The position numbers and the translations under genes are program-made. DNA of 64,000 nucleotides, taken from the NCBI GenBank assembly GCA_001801465.1, contig MGXT01000014.1, positions 139,376 through 203,375 of the forward strand. The letters run 5' to 3'. Shown here piece by piece: positions 11,301 to 20,371 of this stretch (position 1 is the first letter of the stretch; the number at the start of each line of letters is the position of its first letter). The stretch comes from Gammaproteobacteria bacterium RIFCSPHIGHO2_12_FULL_35_23. Its GTDB lineage: Bacteria; Pseudomonadota; Gammaproteobacteria; UBA12402. The notes under the pieces were generated by a model. That model made no database searches and was not told the origin of the DNA. It saw nothing but the letters and a program-made list of their open reading frames with translations.

Positions 11301-11615
11301 GGAAAATTTTTTGGGGCCTTTGGTTATACCACTGGTGAAAAGAAAGATGCTGCTATAGCTTTTGTTGAAACTGCAGAAGCTTGTTTAAAATGGCTAGATG
11401 ATTCGGAGACTGCAACTCTAAAGAGTGATTTCACAAGTAAGTTATCTAAAATTATGAATAACAAAAGTATAAAAGGAGCTTTATCACAAGGCGAGTTAGG
11501 CAGAATTGTAAGTGGCTCATTTGCTGTTTTCAACAATTATAATGCTAGAGAAGAAAATTTGGAGAAATCTGCACTCTTTGGTGATGATGGAGAAGAAAGC
11601 CGACTGATTCACTAA
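5343..11615 (+). CDS. giant eukaryotic-like Ser/Thr protein kinase, candidate Dot/Icm effector (2090 aa)
   Basis: GSGSFG, VVK, HSDLKSDN, DFG, PPE, KTDLY; long Leu-rich helical region; acidic C-terminus. Confidence 0.85.
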   Translation: MPLLDVDLSFFEQAVRELHGQETTSYLTRQGGSQNKRWGFLKIPRSTLNHNRALYYIYSLSNPIGSGSFGNIYKARTVSGINPYTDEFDPEQLKSEIQSAFDLKPSMVVKSYKKTSYKDALDTATLEATHLSRFYYKMEPPVFTIDKETHTTRAFLASEFIPGTNLYFSTPVPQLKDLPFHRRLDLITKLVMQVVLIHRKGHMVHSDLKSDNVIVNFETDDISPLDFGLSKDMPSADPLNPDLLILADVKGHPSFFPPETLFREYGLKTDLYMAVNPLLRLLGIPNPSLTKLRTEDLDGEVFKSQIPYDTTGIIDSAPAEIEGINIKELLLSFINRMQDNDYANRPTSEEVLAFFNTLYTLNLLHQYLLLTATERPESAIMGELKRRTRKEGDPDTPYPIRSDDDLSEEIRATLAKLIIIKQGLNHIKGKFSYKLRNNRGEELPPEILIKPFHSYDYANPELCRIIINSYKITPPPEDTSTTATPEYTLKALCEADLVELDELPYDELLQLFILNETTSSAIKALLLHDKTSDHLKELNLATKISILVSLLKNETHLTSETRTETGSIPAKLSQNEIDSIITKVCDAINDNLDFKTLTALKKVEIIIQLLPFHEATEDFIDKIIKSFSSSESEDKPSFHYALEQVVFILENIHNFKFECKQGEDESKLLEYKVFFIHKFYTRYKEVLIEKHYALPPMGLFQQLIAVKKLQRIGHVALLNPQEQNELISTITHFINIYNRYSPQDPAHISLRKSIELLQLVTENRDLFSLEEFSFFLTTLYKIALSSQLSKHYPDNINLLISLASQKDGLLAAGISSEQYQEICKKAFSLNTTSETTVYTVPITEDLELLIKLIQNKDLLIRNSITTDQYNALCEDTESVIITKLKNLTSRFFFLEPLEKCSLLVLLTKNKDYFIEGEGTSQVNKFKSLFDKIYDGLTDKNLHKGFDLFFTLVKNKALILREYQLSEEIFNSLADEFFTKINAADDLNENNEHEQLFFLINLIKYKAYLELEKFTPLCEKLTNLFSTIELHKSFIGNTNLLLYLLENLSLFHGNQLDENFQTFFTKIYNQLTAFDSVAALHTGDEALDRTDLALYYKDFAQALKKLIENKSLFDTRQENFYTLCRKITTLLNELHPEIISIEENLDLLFFLLNEKIALQGNPELSALLNTCLNNIIDSITFNRLSLLNPKQRLDIYFTLTKEKTLFPDQDKYDSFYQAVLNSLLSSTCSENLNLLIYLNKERHTITSKYGINPGQYSDLYALIFKYINISINFEDMEINKPSMADFQIKSFNEAFNLLITYSSNLTYLVAIPDLNPIDIPTESEKDSCYSEEEYSDYCHTLFVSLLNTFSVNDNFKVNLNHLLILLKHKSVLTISDKKDSKGKPLFSKIKSLTTRRYEALFNKIMLALQAADLDKISLKESLYLLQNLAKNSALFISDEEKSLAQTTLRYTIKQSKYFTRLTTNIHASLVNIDLDKISSKEIIETLTFLKMNGGLFLKSGSMTQEMFNALQLKFTSKLTDNMENNTYTKNFALFCHFLKHSKYFLSKKELSDADYFSMFNLLGQHLKNESRLPVSERLALLHVFSENYSVLLAANFRKVYINQRWNDHVFLPADITFRGDPSPYLKALYNLISEKRLLTRKEKDLFTHEEYYPVLTEEQYTSLISKFEGFFDTFELEECTLEQKFRCLIQLDGINSLPSDILQAKRASLTQTLLASLINLKSIIALAKLRNSLEASEITKFDMLYMSIIQSFLSQISTKPREDKVKFLGFLLENHDYFKTILDIAGFNTAIRNTLNEVVTISQDQASAESTPTQPLLLALSSKSYISLFLKGLPAELPYMAKKLVNHVAQEPFSTDLLFNLLALSKNFGASTQSNLFKLLITTLDTEKKLFETWKTLIKERHRIILLIGEDVYGSFLTVDSFLKRTLLNSLFLEKAGSGEGAAQISSEAPTSSLVNKIVIEGTIKAAIESTIEYLMDKIFLEDDQYTGKFFGAFGYTTGEKKDAAIAFVETAEACLKWLDDSETATLKSDFTSKLSKIMNNKSIKGALSQGELGRIVSGSFAVFNNYNAREENLEKSALFGDDGEESRLIH

Positions 11616-11840
11616 TTTATTTGATTGAACTCAATAGATTTTTTTAAAGATCTTGAATCCTTAATCATAACTCTTAATAAACAATAACTTAAAGGAACTT
11701 TAAGAGAGTTAGCAAGCAAAAATTATTATTGGGTAACTATTAGTAAATCATTAATTTTTAAGCTTTTTTAAGTAAAGTAGGCTTTATTTAGCTATAATAT
11801 ATGCTATAATTTTATACAGTAATAATTAGAAGACTCCATT

Positions 11841-14800
11841 ATGACTATATCATCACAATTACAGCGCTATATCAGCCGATTAACTGATAGAAATCCAGTG
11901 GTGTCATTCTTCGATGATGATGAAAACTATACAATTATTCGAATACCACAACCTGCTACAGAAATAGATCATCAAGATTATCCACGATACTTTATTTTCA
12001 AACAAAGTGCACTTATTAATGAAGGGGCATATGGAAAAATTTATAAGGCTTTTCGTATTTCCAAACAAGCAGAAACCTATCAACTTGATAAAGATAGACC
12101 CTTAATTGCAAAGGTTCAACTTTACAAAAAAGGGGATGAAGAACTTCCGATTGAAACAGCAAAAATTGAAGCTGAGTTTGATAGAGCTTATGATAAAAAT
12201 GCAGAATTACCTGTTTGTGATGCAAGCAAAGCTAGCTACTCTATTAAAACCTATATTGATGGAGCAGATTTATCAGCAAGCAATGAAAATAAAGGGAAAC
12301 TCAATGCATTAAAGCACTTATCTTTCAGTGATAGATTATCTTTAATCATTGACCTGCTTGCTCAAATTACCTTGCTACACCATAAAACCCCAACAACAAG
12401 TAGTGCAATAGTTCATGCTGATACTAAACCAGAGAATATTATTTTAGTTAAAAAAGGGCTAAAGGCTTTTGTCACTCTCGTTGATTACGGTATTGCTAAC
12501 AAGCTTAAACATGACAGCCCAGACCATACTTTCGTTTTTTCAGGCGTGGGCTCCCCCAGCTACCATCCAATAGAAACACTATCAGGTTCAATGGGATTGA
12601 AAACTGATGTTTATGTTTTGGTTTACCCTATACTTCGTCTTTTAGGTGTTTTAAATCCTATCAAGTCTAAATATGAACGCGCCAAAAGAGATAGAAAGGG
12701 GGCTTTTCAAGTACCTTTTGATATGGATGGATTATTGGATCCGACCCCTATTACTGTTGCTGAAATAAATATTAGCTCTATTTTAATACATTTTTTAAAC
12801 TTAATGCAGCATAATAAATATTATTTAAGACCTAGCAGTGATACTGTATTAATATTTTTTAATACTCTCTATCAACTTAGCTTAGCACACAATTTAAATC
12901 CTGCTAACAACACACTAAAAACAGCCCTGACTGTAAAATTATTATTACTAAGCCAAGGATTGTGGGAAACAAAAATTCCTTTGGTTGAAAGTGGAAATAT
13001 TATTAACAAACCGTTTAAAGACTTTGATTTTGAAGCGAGTACTGAGCTTAATAATAGAATTATTAATTATTATAAATCGAAAAAATCTATCACTAAAACA
13101 AGTTTGCAATTTTTAGCATTACAAGGCGTGACTTCACAGCAACTACAAACTGCTTTAACCCCTTACCAACTATTCTCTCTTGCAATACAGGGAAAAAGAG
13201 AATCCCGTGCTAGCTCTGAGAGCGAAAGATCCGCTGCTGCCCATGATGGTACTGCAACAGCAGGTGGTGAGGCTGCCAGAGATGAAGAAGATTTTTCTTT
13301 TTCAGAAACTATCAATACCCTGCTAGCTGCCTTTGATTCCTTGCCTGAAAAAAATCTCAGGCTTAATGAAAAAGTAAGATTATTTATTGAGTTAATAAAA
13401 AACAAGCGCTACTTAGGCTTAGAAGAAGGTAAGTATAGTGGCTATTTATCGCTATTAATTAATGCTATTAAAAGTGATAGCTCTAAATTTGACCATCTTT
13501 CATATAACGATAAAAGAGATTTAATACTGGGCTTTTTGATTCAAGGAAAAAAACTAATACCTAGCGAGCTATCAACTGTAGACTATGAACTTATCATCAA
13601 TAAATTGGTAAGTGCACTCTCACCTTATACTAAATTTAAATTACTAGCTTCTATTAGTCAATATACCTCTACTGAACAAGTAGTACTCTTTGATTCTAAA
13701 GAGGTAATTAAAGTGCTACGTGATGCTTTATTACCAACATCACTAGAAGTAGAAAATTATAATCTTAAAAAATGTTTAAAACTATTCCTCGAGCTTATTG
13801 AAAAAAATAATAAACTTAATGCTGTCTCCTATCTTGAAACAAAAAATTATGATAAGCTGGTTATCTGGTTAAGTGAAAAAATTAAAGAACAGTTCAAAGA
13901 AAAAAATCTTAATGAAAAAATTGAGATTTTTAATACTCTTAAAACTTATAGAAATATAGACAACGCATTATTAACAACGCTTGAAAATTTATTATTAGAT
14001 GATGCTAGTCTAAACTCTACTTCATCAAATCAATTTATTATAGTTAATTTCTTATTACCATTTGTACATAATTTAAAAAAATTTACCGCCACTAAATCTG
14101 CTGACTTTTTGGTAAAAATTAAAGAAAAGTTTTTATCAAACCTTACCAATGATACAGAGGAATTAACTTCAATATTAGTAAGCTTAGAAATTAATAAATT
14201 CTCTCTTAAAGATACCGCTTATGAAGAATTTTTTACACGAATTATTGAAAAACTTAGTAGTGATCAGCTTGTTGCTCCTGTAGATTCAAGTAAATCATTA
14301 CAACTTTTAGACACCTTACTGAGAAAAGCAAATCTTTTAGTTCCTGGACGTTTTACTGGTGAGCAATACAATACTTTATTTTTAAAAATTTGTACCCCTA
14401 CTTTAACTACTCTTTCATTTTTACTGCTCAATAAAAAAGCTTTAGAAAGAATTACTAATTTTAACTATACCACATTAATTTCTACATTAATTAATCGCTT
14501 ACCTGATGATTTAGCTACACTTTTAAACATTAACTCTGAAGATCTCGAAAAAGCCGATGACTCTAATGAGGTAAAAGCAAAAAAGAAATTAAATCGATTA
14601 CAAAGATTTGAAGAGAATTTAACTTTATTGTCTTTTTTAATCATTAACAAACCAGAAGCAGCCTCTGAAAAATATTTAACATTAATAAAAGCTGTTAGGG
14701 ATAGCATTTCTAATCAACTCACTAATAATTTAGTAAGTTGCTCATCTGAGACTTATTTGGATTTATTATTTTTCGTAATGGAAAATAACCCCTTAATTGA

Positions 14801-16349
14801 AGGTAGTAGCTTTTTCAATGACGAATTTTTAACCTTAGCTTATAATAAACTCATTAGCTCTTTTACAGATACCGCTTATACTAGCAACTTGGGTATTCTG
14901 TTAGAAATAATTAGAAAAAGAGGGCTCTTCACTGCAAGCAATAGACAAGATAAATTAAATATTCTTACTAGTAATTTACTTGATCGTTTAAAAATTGATT
15001 TTCCACAAGAATTTTCAATCCAAAATAAAATAACTTATTTTACAAAGTTATTAAATAAAGAGGATAGTTTAGGAGCTAACGATTTATTTATAACAATTGA
15101 AAAGGCGGATGATTATCGTAGTCTTTATCAAAAACTAGTCACATCACTCAATCAAACATCGCAAGAAGATTTTACAAATCTAGGTTTTGATATTAATTTC
15201 AGTTTGTTAATTAGTTTATTACAAAATAAACAAATGGTTGATGGTATTGATGATCTAATAGCTAAAATGGTTTTGATTTGTAAAACAACTATCAAAAACG
15301 ATGATGTTAACTTATTAAATTATTTACTTGAACAAACACCTATCTTTTTTACGGTAGATGCTTTTAGTCAATTCAAAGAACTATTTACTGCAATAGTTGA
15401 TAAGTTTAATCAACCTATTAATGCTTTAAAGTTAATTTTACTTTTAATAAATAATAAAACTGATTTAATAGATAGACTTCGTTTAGAAGTACCAAAGTAT
15501 GATGAGTTAATTTCAGTTATACATAGTAAGTTATTGACGGCTATTAATAGCTTAGCTGATATTAACTCTGGCATAAAACTATTACAATTAACAAAAGATA
15601 GTGAAAAGTTAAAAGAAACTCTCGGGGAAGAAAAATATAGTCAATTAACTTCTTCTCTCTATGAAAAATTAACTTCTGTTTTTGGACAATACAACACTAC
15701 TGATGAAGGATTATCTTTGCTTTTAATGCTTGCAAAAAACAAAACCGTGTTAATTGAAAAACAAGTTTTAAGTGATGCTCAGTTTACTCAGTTATGGGAA
15801 CGATTACAAACTAGATTATTATCGTTTTATATGCCTAGCGCCCAAAGCTCTCCCCCTGCAACAAGTTCATCTACAGCTGCTGTTGTTTTACCCCGTGTTT
15901 TTAAATTAGATATAACGCTGTTGGAAATATGGGTTAATTTAATAAAACAGAGAACAATTTTTAAAAATGCTTCTAATGGCTATGTAGAATTTATTCAAAA
16001 TTTATCAAATGCAATTATGGAAAAGCCTCTCGATAGTACACTTACTGAGACTGAACTTACTACGTTAAATGGACTAATTGCGTATATCAAAGATAATGTA
16101 GCTAGAGCTGATGATCATTATAAAGGATTTAAGTTAGGAGGTTATACTGCTAGTAGAAAAATCGCCGCTGCTTTAGCTATGATAGAATACATTACGCTTT
16201 CCTCTGCAGAACGTGCAAGTAATAAAAGAATGATAAATCCTCATATTGCTGCACTTGCCCAGGGCAGTTTAGCTAAGACAATTGTTGATAAAGATTTACA
16301 AGAATTATTAAGCTTGGATAATGATTCCCACACACCTACACTTAGCTAG
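11841..16349 (+). CDS. giant eukaryotic-like Ser/Thr protein kinase, paralog of upstream gene (1502 aa)
   Basis: EGAYG, IAK, HADTKPEN, DYG, PIE, KTDVY; shares GLKTD and FFNTLY motifs and the C-terminal motif with the upstream kinase. Confidence 0.85.
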   Translation: MTISSQLQRYISRLTDRNPVVSFFDDDENYTIIRIPQPATEIDHQDYPRYFIFKQSALINEGAYGKIYKAFRISKQAETYQLDKDRPLIAKVQLYKKGDEELPIETAKIEAEFDRAYDKNAELPVCDASKASYSIKTYIDGADLSASNENKGKLNALKHLSFSDRLSLIIDLLAQITLLHHKTPTTSSAIVHADTKPENIILVKKGLKAFVTLVDYGIANKLKHDSPDHTFVFSGVGSPSYHPIETLSGSMGLKTDVYVLVYPILRLLGVLNPIKSKYERAKRDRKGAFQVPFDMDGLLDPTPITVAEINISSILIHFLNLMQHNKYYLRPSSDTVLIFFNTLYQLSLAHNLNPANNTLKTALTVKLLLLSQGLWETKIPLVESGNIINKPFKDFDFEASTELNNRIINYYKSKKSITKTSLQFLALQGVTSQQLQTALTPYQLFSLAIQGKRESRASSESERSAAAHDGTATAGGEAARDEEDFSFSETINTLLAAFDSLPEKNLRLNEKVRLFIELIKNKRYLGLEEGKYSGYLSLLINAIKSDSSKFDHLSYNDKRDLILGFLIQGKKLIPSELSTVDYELIINKLVSALSPYTKFKLLASISQYTSTEQVVLFDSKEVIKVLRDALLPTSLEVENYNLKKCLKLFLELIEKNNKLNAVSYLETKNYDKLVIWLSEKIKEQFKEKNLNEKIEIFNTLKTYRNIDNALLTTLENLLLDDASLNSTSSNQFIIVNFLLPFVHNLKKFTATKSADFLVKIKEKFLSNLTNDTEELTSILVSLEINKFSLKDTAYEEFFTRIIEKLSSDQLVAPVDSSKSLQLLDTLLRKANLLVPGRFTGEQYNTLFLKICTPTLTTLSFLLLNKKALERITNFNYTTLISTLINRLPDDLATLLNINSEDLEKADDSNEVKAKKKLNRLQRFEENLTLLSFLIINKPEAASEKYLTLIKAVRDSISNQLTNNLVSCSSETYLDLLFFVMENNPLIEGSSFFNDEFLTLAYNKLISSFTDTAYTSNLGILLEIIRKRGLFTASNRQDKLNILTSNLLDRLKIDFPQEFSIQNKITYFTKLLNKEDSLGANDLFITIEKADDYRSLYQKLVTSLNQTSQEDFTNLGFDINFSLLISLLQNKQMVDGIDDLIAKMVLICKTTIKNDDVNLLNYLLEQTPIFFTVDAFSQFKELFTAIVDKFNQPINALKLILLLINNKTDLIDRLRLEVPKYDELISVIHSKLLTAINSLADINSGIKLLQLTKDSEKLKETLGEEKYSQLTSSLYEKLTSVFGQYNTTDEGLSLLLMLAKNKTVLIEKQVLSDAQFTQLWERLQTRLLSFYMPSAQSSPPATSSSTAAVVLPRVFKLDITLLEIWVNLIKQRTIFKNASNGYVEFIQNLSNAIMEKPLDSTLTETELTTLNGLIAYIKDNVARADDHYKGFKLGGYTASRKIAAALAMIEYITLSSAERASNKRMINPHIAALAQGSLAKTIVDKDLQELLSLDNDSHTPTLS

Positions 16350-16380
16350 AAAGCCTCAACTATACCTATAAAATAATTAG

Positions 16381-16998
16381 CTAGAACTTCCTGGAGCTAC
16401 TTAGAGGAATTTTTTGCGCTGTTATTGCTTCAGGTTCAGTAACTAAAGACCCTGAAAATAAACCTACTTTAGAAAATAAAAATTTTCGGCAAAATTTTTT
16501 ATAACCCAACGAATTCATAATTTCTCTACGAAAACATTGTATATGTTCTTGGAGCTTTAGATTAGCCATTATTTTTCTAGTTTCTACCCAATCTTCTAGT
16601 CCATATTTATACTCTGGATCAAGTTTAGCTAAAACCTTATCTTTTATTTGTTCCCAAATAGCATTAATGCCTTCTCGTTTCAATGAAAAGCTGAGACGAC
16701 AAAAAAGATGAAGTTTTTCTACTGTGTCTGGATTAGCAAGCGATTGTAAATAAAGGTTCATTTCTTCATAAATTACTCTAACCAAACTACTTGCAGCAGT
16801 AAACATTTGTTCTAATTCTGTATTGTTCCCTACTCTTTTGGCTGCTTCAACTAAACCAGGTTCACTGAGTAAAATATCTGCTTGTTTGTCTGGTAGGCCA
16901 GCTACTCTTAATAAACCAACCATTCCTCCACCCCAAGCACTTCTTAAAGCATCCCAAATACCCAGTATTTCTAAAGTTTCAGCTTGATCTGTTCTCAT
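16381..16998 (-). CDS. hypothetical protein (possible effector)
   Basis: 205-aa helical ORF; no family recognised. Confidence 0.55.
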   Translation of the reverse strand: MRTDQAETLEILGIWDALRSAWGGGMVGLLRVAGLPDKQADILLSEPGLVEAAKRVGNNTELEQMFTAASSLVRVIYEEMNLYLQSLANPDTVEKLHLFCRLSFSLKREGINAIWEQIKDKVLAKLDPEYKYGLEDWVETRKIMANLKLQEHIQCFRREIMNSLGYKKFCRKFLFSKVGLFSGSLVTEPEAITAQKIPLSSSRKF

Positions 16999-17110
16999 TA
17001 TTAATAAACCTTTATTATTATTGATAACTAGTTAACCAGAAAGTGGTGGGCTTGTCAATTAATTAATATAATCAATAGTTTAATGAAGTCTTAAGAACTA
17101 AAAACAGTAT

Positions 17111-18655
17111 TTATAAATAACAACTTAGAAATTCACTAAATGATTTTTGAGGAGCTTGTTCTATCTCTTCAAATTCAATCAAAGAACGCTTTGCTTCTTC
17201 TCTAAAAAAAAGCTCTAGCTTAGGAATTTTAGCCTGTAAAGTAGCCGTATGCTCTATAGCTTTTTGCAAATGATAAGATTGAAATGAATGTTTAGATTGC
17301 ATAAGTTCATTAAGCACTCTAGCTGAGGGAGTTAATTCACTATTTAGCAACTTTTTTTCCTGGATTTGAATGCTTTCTATAAAACCCGCTGAAGAAGCGG
17401 AAGATTCTAAAAGTTCCGCAACCTGATAAAGTTTCTCAAATAAACGATTTGCTGCTTCTTTAAATTTTACTAAAGAATTAGCTACAGATATTTTCAAAGT
17501 CGAATCCCTACCTTTGGCTGCTACAAGCTTAAGATTGTTATGACAAACCAATATTTCATCATAAGAAAGCAACGGACTATCTTCTAATAAACAAAAGGTC
17601 AAAAATACATCCATAAAAGTCATTTGTTTAAAACAAATACCTATCGCTTGTAAAGGATTTAAATCCAACATACGCATTTCAATATAAGCAATGCCTCGAG
17701 TTAATAAAGCATGCGTAGGCGTTTCGCAAGAATTAGCAATTTGCTTAGGTCTAATAGGGCTATAATATTCATTCGCAATTTGTAGTAAGGAGGTACTCAA
17801 TTGCTTATATTCACCATTTTCTTTTAAGCCAATTTCTTCAAATTCATGATAAGGTCTCTTTGTGGCTACAATAAGACTATTTGCATAATCAATAATATTA
17901 TCAAATGAAATATTTAAAAGATCCTCGCCTTTATTCTTATAACCTAAATCACTTAAACGAAGAGATGTTGCATAAGGTCCATAAAAACCATGCTCTGAAA
18001 ATTTTTTTAAAAAATCAACTGGTCGAATTACCGAAGTTTCTGCACAAGCTGGGCTAGCACCAAATAAATAAGGAATAAGCCAAGCATATCGTAAACAATT
18101 ACGAACTAAATGCATGTAACTATTGTTAATAAATGTTTTCTCATCTTTGGTGCTTTTTTCCTCCTCCTGCAGAAGTTGAAAAACAGCTTTAGGAAGAGAA
18201 AAGTTGTAATGAATACCAGCAATAACCTGCATGGCCCTGCCATAACGATAACAAAGCGCTTTGCGATAAAGCTTTTTCATACGTCCAACATTATTAGCCC
18301 CATATTCAGCTAATGGGATACAACTATCTCCATCCAGTTCAACTGGCATACTACTAGGCCAAATTAATTCTGTTCCTACATTTTGTGCTACAAATTGTGA
18401 GGCCTGATAAAGCTGATCATAAGTTAACTGTCTATTCTTTTCAGCTGGGGTAATAACTTCAACTAAAGCTTCAGAAAAATCGGTAGTAATCCAATTATTA
18501 GTTAAAGCTGCCCCTAAAGCTTGCGGATGGCGAGCCGTTGAAATTTTTCCTTGAAGAGTAATTCGTAAATTCTCTTTTTCAATTCCCCGAGTAATTTCAT
18601 CAAATAGTTTCTCGCTTGCAGCATTTTTTAAAATTTTAATTCTTTTTCCTAACAT
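17111..18655 (-). CDS. gshA: glutamate--cysteine ligase
   Basis: RGIEKENLR, ITTDFSE, WPSSMP, GIHYNFS, ATSLRLSDLGY, EYYSPIRPK. Confidence 0.96.
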   Translation of the reverse strand: MLGKRIKILKNAASEKLFDEITRGIEKENLRITLQGKISTARHPQALGAALTNNWITTDFSEALVEVITPAEKNRQLTYDQLYQASQFVAQNVGTELIWPSSMPVELDGDSCIPLAEYGANNVGRMKKLYRKALCYRYGRAMQVIAGIHYNFSLPKAVFQLLQEEEKSTKDEKTFINNSYMHLVRNCLRYAWLIPYLFGASPACAETSVIRPVDFLKKFSEHGFYGPYATSLRLSDLGYKNKGEDLLNISFDNIIDYANSLIVATKRPYHEFEEIGLKENGEYKQLSTSLLQIANEYYSPIRPKQIANSCETPTHALLTRGIAYIEMRMLDLNPLQAIGICFKQMTFMDVFLTFCLLEDSPLLSYDEILVCHNNLKLVAAKGRDSTLKISVANSLVKFKEAANRLFEKLYQVAELLESSASSAGFIESIQIQEKKLLNSELTPSARVLNELMQSKHSFQSYHLQKAIEHTATLQAKIPKLELFFREEAKRSLIEFEEIEQAPQKSFSEFLSCYL

Positions 18656-18669
18656 TAATTTTCCTACTG

Positions 18670-20076
18670 CTACGCCTTAGCTTTTAATTTCACGAGCCAT
18701 TGATTAATTCCATAAAATAAAAACGGTAATAAGCACCCCAATAAAACACCCAAAATAAGTATTGTTTCATAAGTAACCACATTACCCACTGGAATTTGGC
18801 TTGGTGGTAAAAAACCTATCATAATAGTAAACAAGCTACTACCCAATCCTAATAAACATACTATCCAAATTCCTATCTTACCCCCAGGTATTTTAAAAGC
18901 TCGCTTTACCTCAGGTTTCTTATATCTCAAATATAAAGCTGCAAGGAACATCGCCACATAAACACCTAAAGCTAAAATTGCGGTGATATCAGATAAGACC
19001 CAAAAGCCACTACTGACTGTTGGCATCAATAAAAAAACCATGCAAATTAAAGTAAAAATAACACCTTGTAACAATAAAACTCTGATTGGTGTATGTCTGG
19101 ACGATAGTTTACCTAATCCCTCTGGCAAACAACCATCACGACTTGCCATGAGTATCCCTTTACTAGGACCTAACATCCAAGCTGCTGCTCCTCCAATCGC
19201 ACCACAGACTATCATTAGTGCTATTACTGGCATTAACCACTTTAAATGGAACGCAATAAAAAATATTTGAAAAGCTTGTAAAAGACCCGCCACGATGCTT
19301 AATTGTGAAATAGGTACTACCACTACAATAGCTAAAGTACCAAAAATCATAGTAAATAAAATAATTAGCACTGACCATAACATAGCTTTTGGGTAATCTC
19401 GTTGTGGGTCTTTTACTTCTCTCGCATGAGAAGCTGACATCTCCATCCCAATTAACCCATAAAGCATAGCGGTCAACAAGACTAAATTATGGATATTGCT
19501 TAAATCAGGAATAAAAGTTTTAAAAGAAAATTCATTACCTAACGGCCTACCAGAAACAATCCAAACTATTCCCAATAATATGATAAACAACATAGGCAAT
19601 ATAGTTCCTATCATCGCCGAAATATTACTTAATACACTCGATACACTCATGCCTAAACAATTAACTAATGTGGTACCCCAGAAAATGATTAAAATGACTG
19701 TCAGCATATAGGCTTTGCTTTGTACTAGGCTAGGATTAATACAATAAGCCAAGGTAGCGGCAATCAAAGACATGATAGTAGGATACCAACAAATATTATA
19801 AAACCATTGCAACCAGATAGTTAGAAAACCCATCTTTTTACCAAATGCTTCACGTACCCAAATATAAACACCACCTGTCTCTGGCCAGCCTGTCGCTAAT
19901 TCAGCTGCCACAAAAGCAGTGGGTAAAAAGAAAATAATTGCTGTCACAAAATAATAAAAAACCGCTGAAAAGCCATATTCTGCAGTTAAAGGAAGTGTTC
20001 GCAAACTATCAATAGCAATGACATTAATCATCACCAAGCCAAACATGCTTAGTGTTCTAGGAGGAGAAAGCTTCAT
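18670..20076 (-). CDS. APC family amino acid permease (GadC/YjeM-like)
   Basis: About 12 TM segments; AELATGWP..GG.Y.WV, GMEMSA, P.RDYPKA, RAFKIPGG. Confidence 0.9.
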   Translation of the reverse strand: MKLSPPRTLSMFGLVMINVIAIDSLRTLPLTAEYGFSAVFYYFVTAIIFFLPTAFVAAELATGWPETGGVYIWVREAFGKKMGFLTIWLQWFYNICWYPTIMSLIAATLAYCINPSLVQSKAYMLTVILIIFWGTTLVNCLGMSVSSVLSNISAMIGTILPMLFIILLGIVWIVSGRPLGNEFSFKTFIPDLSNIHNLVLLTAMLYGLIGMEMSASHAREVKDPQRDYPKAMLWSVLIILFTMIFGTLAIVVVVPISQLSIVAGLLQAFQIFFIAFHLKWLMPVIALMIVCGAIGGAAAWMLGPSKGILMASRDGCLPEGLGKLSSRHTPIRVLLLQGVIFTLICMVFLLMPTVSSGFWVLSDITAILALGVYVAMFLAALYLRYKKPEVKRAFKIPGGKIGIWIVCLLGLGSSLFTIMIGFLPPSQIPVGNVVTYETILILGVLLGCLLPFLFYGINQWLVKLKAKA

Positions 20077-20371
20077 TATTTGTCCTTTATTATTTATTTT
20101 TCTTGGTGACTAACTATATTTCTCATGCATCATAACATTTTTAGGATAAATTTGCTCCAATTTGCTGGTAGCATAATCCTCCCTGTCTTTTCATATTATT
20201 TATACCATTATCAATAAGTTAACCACCAACTGATATTTGCCAGTACAAAGATAATAGTACGTATAATCCAAGTTAAAAAGATAAAATTAGAGTTTTTTTA
20301 AACTTCTTGAAAAAGGTAGCCATGCATGCTATTGTGCAAATTTTATCAAGCTTATAAATTTATAAGTCCTC

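Noticed and set aside
11751..11772. PmrA box upstream of kinase 2 (also at 22441)
   Set aside because: TTAA repeats have a 10-bp rather than 11-bp period in very AT-rich DNA
8699..14707. Short ORFs inside the kinase genes (8699, 11324, 12016, 12106, 13163, 14465)
   Set aside because: Fully overlap long, motif-bearing genes; no independent features
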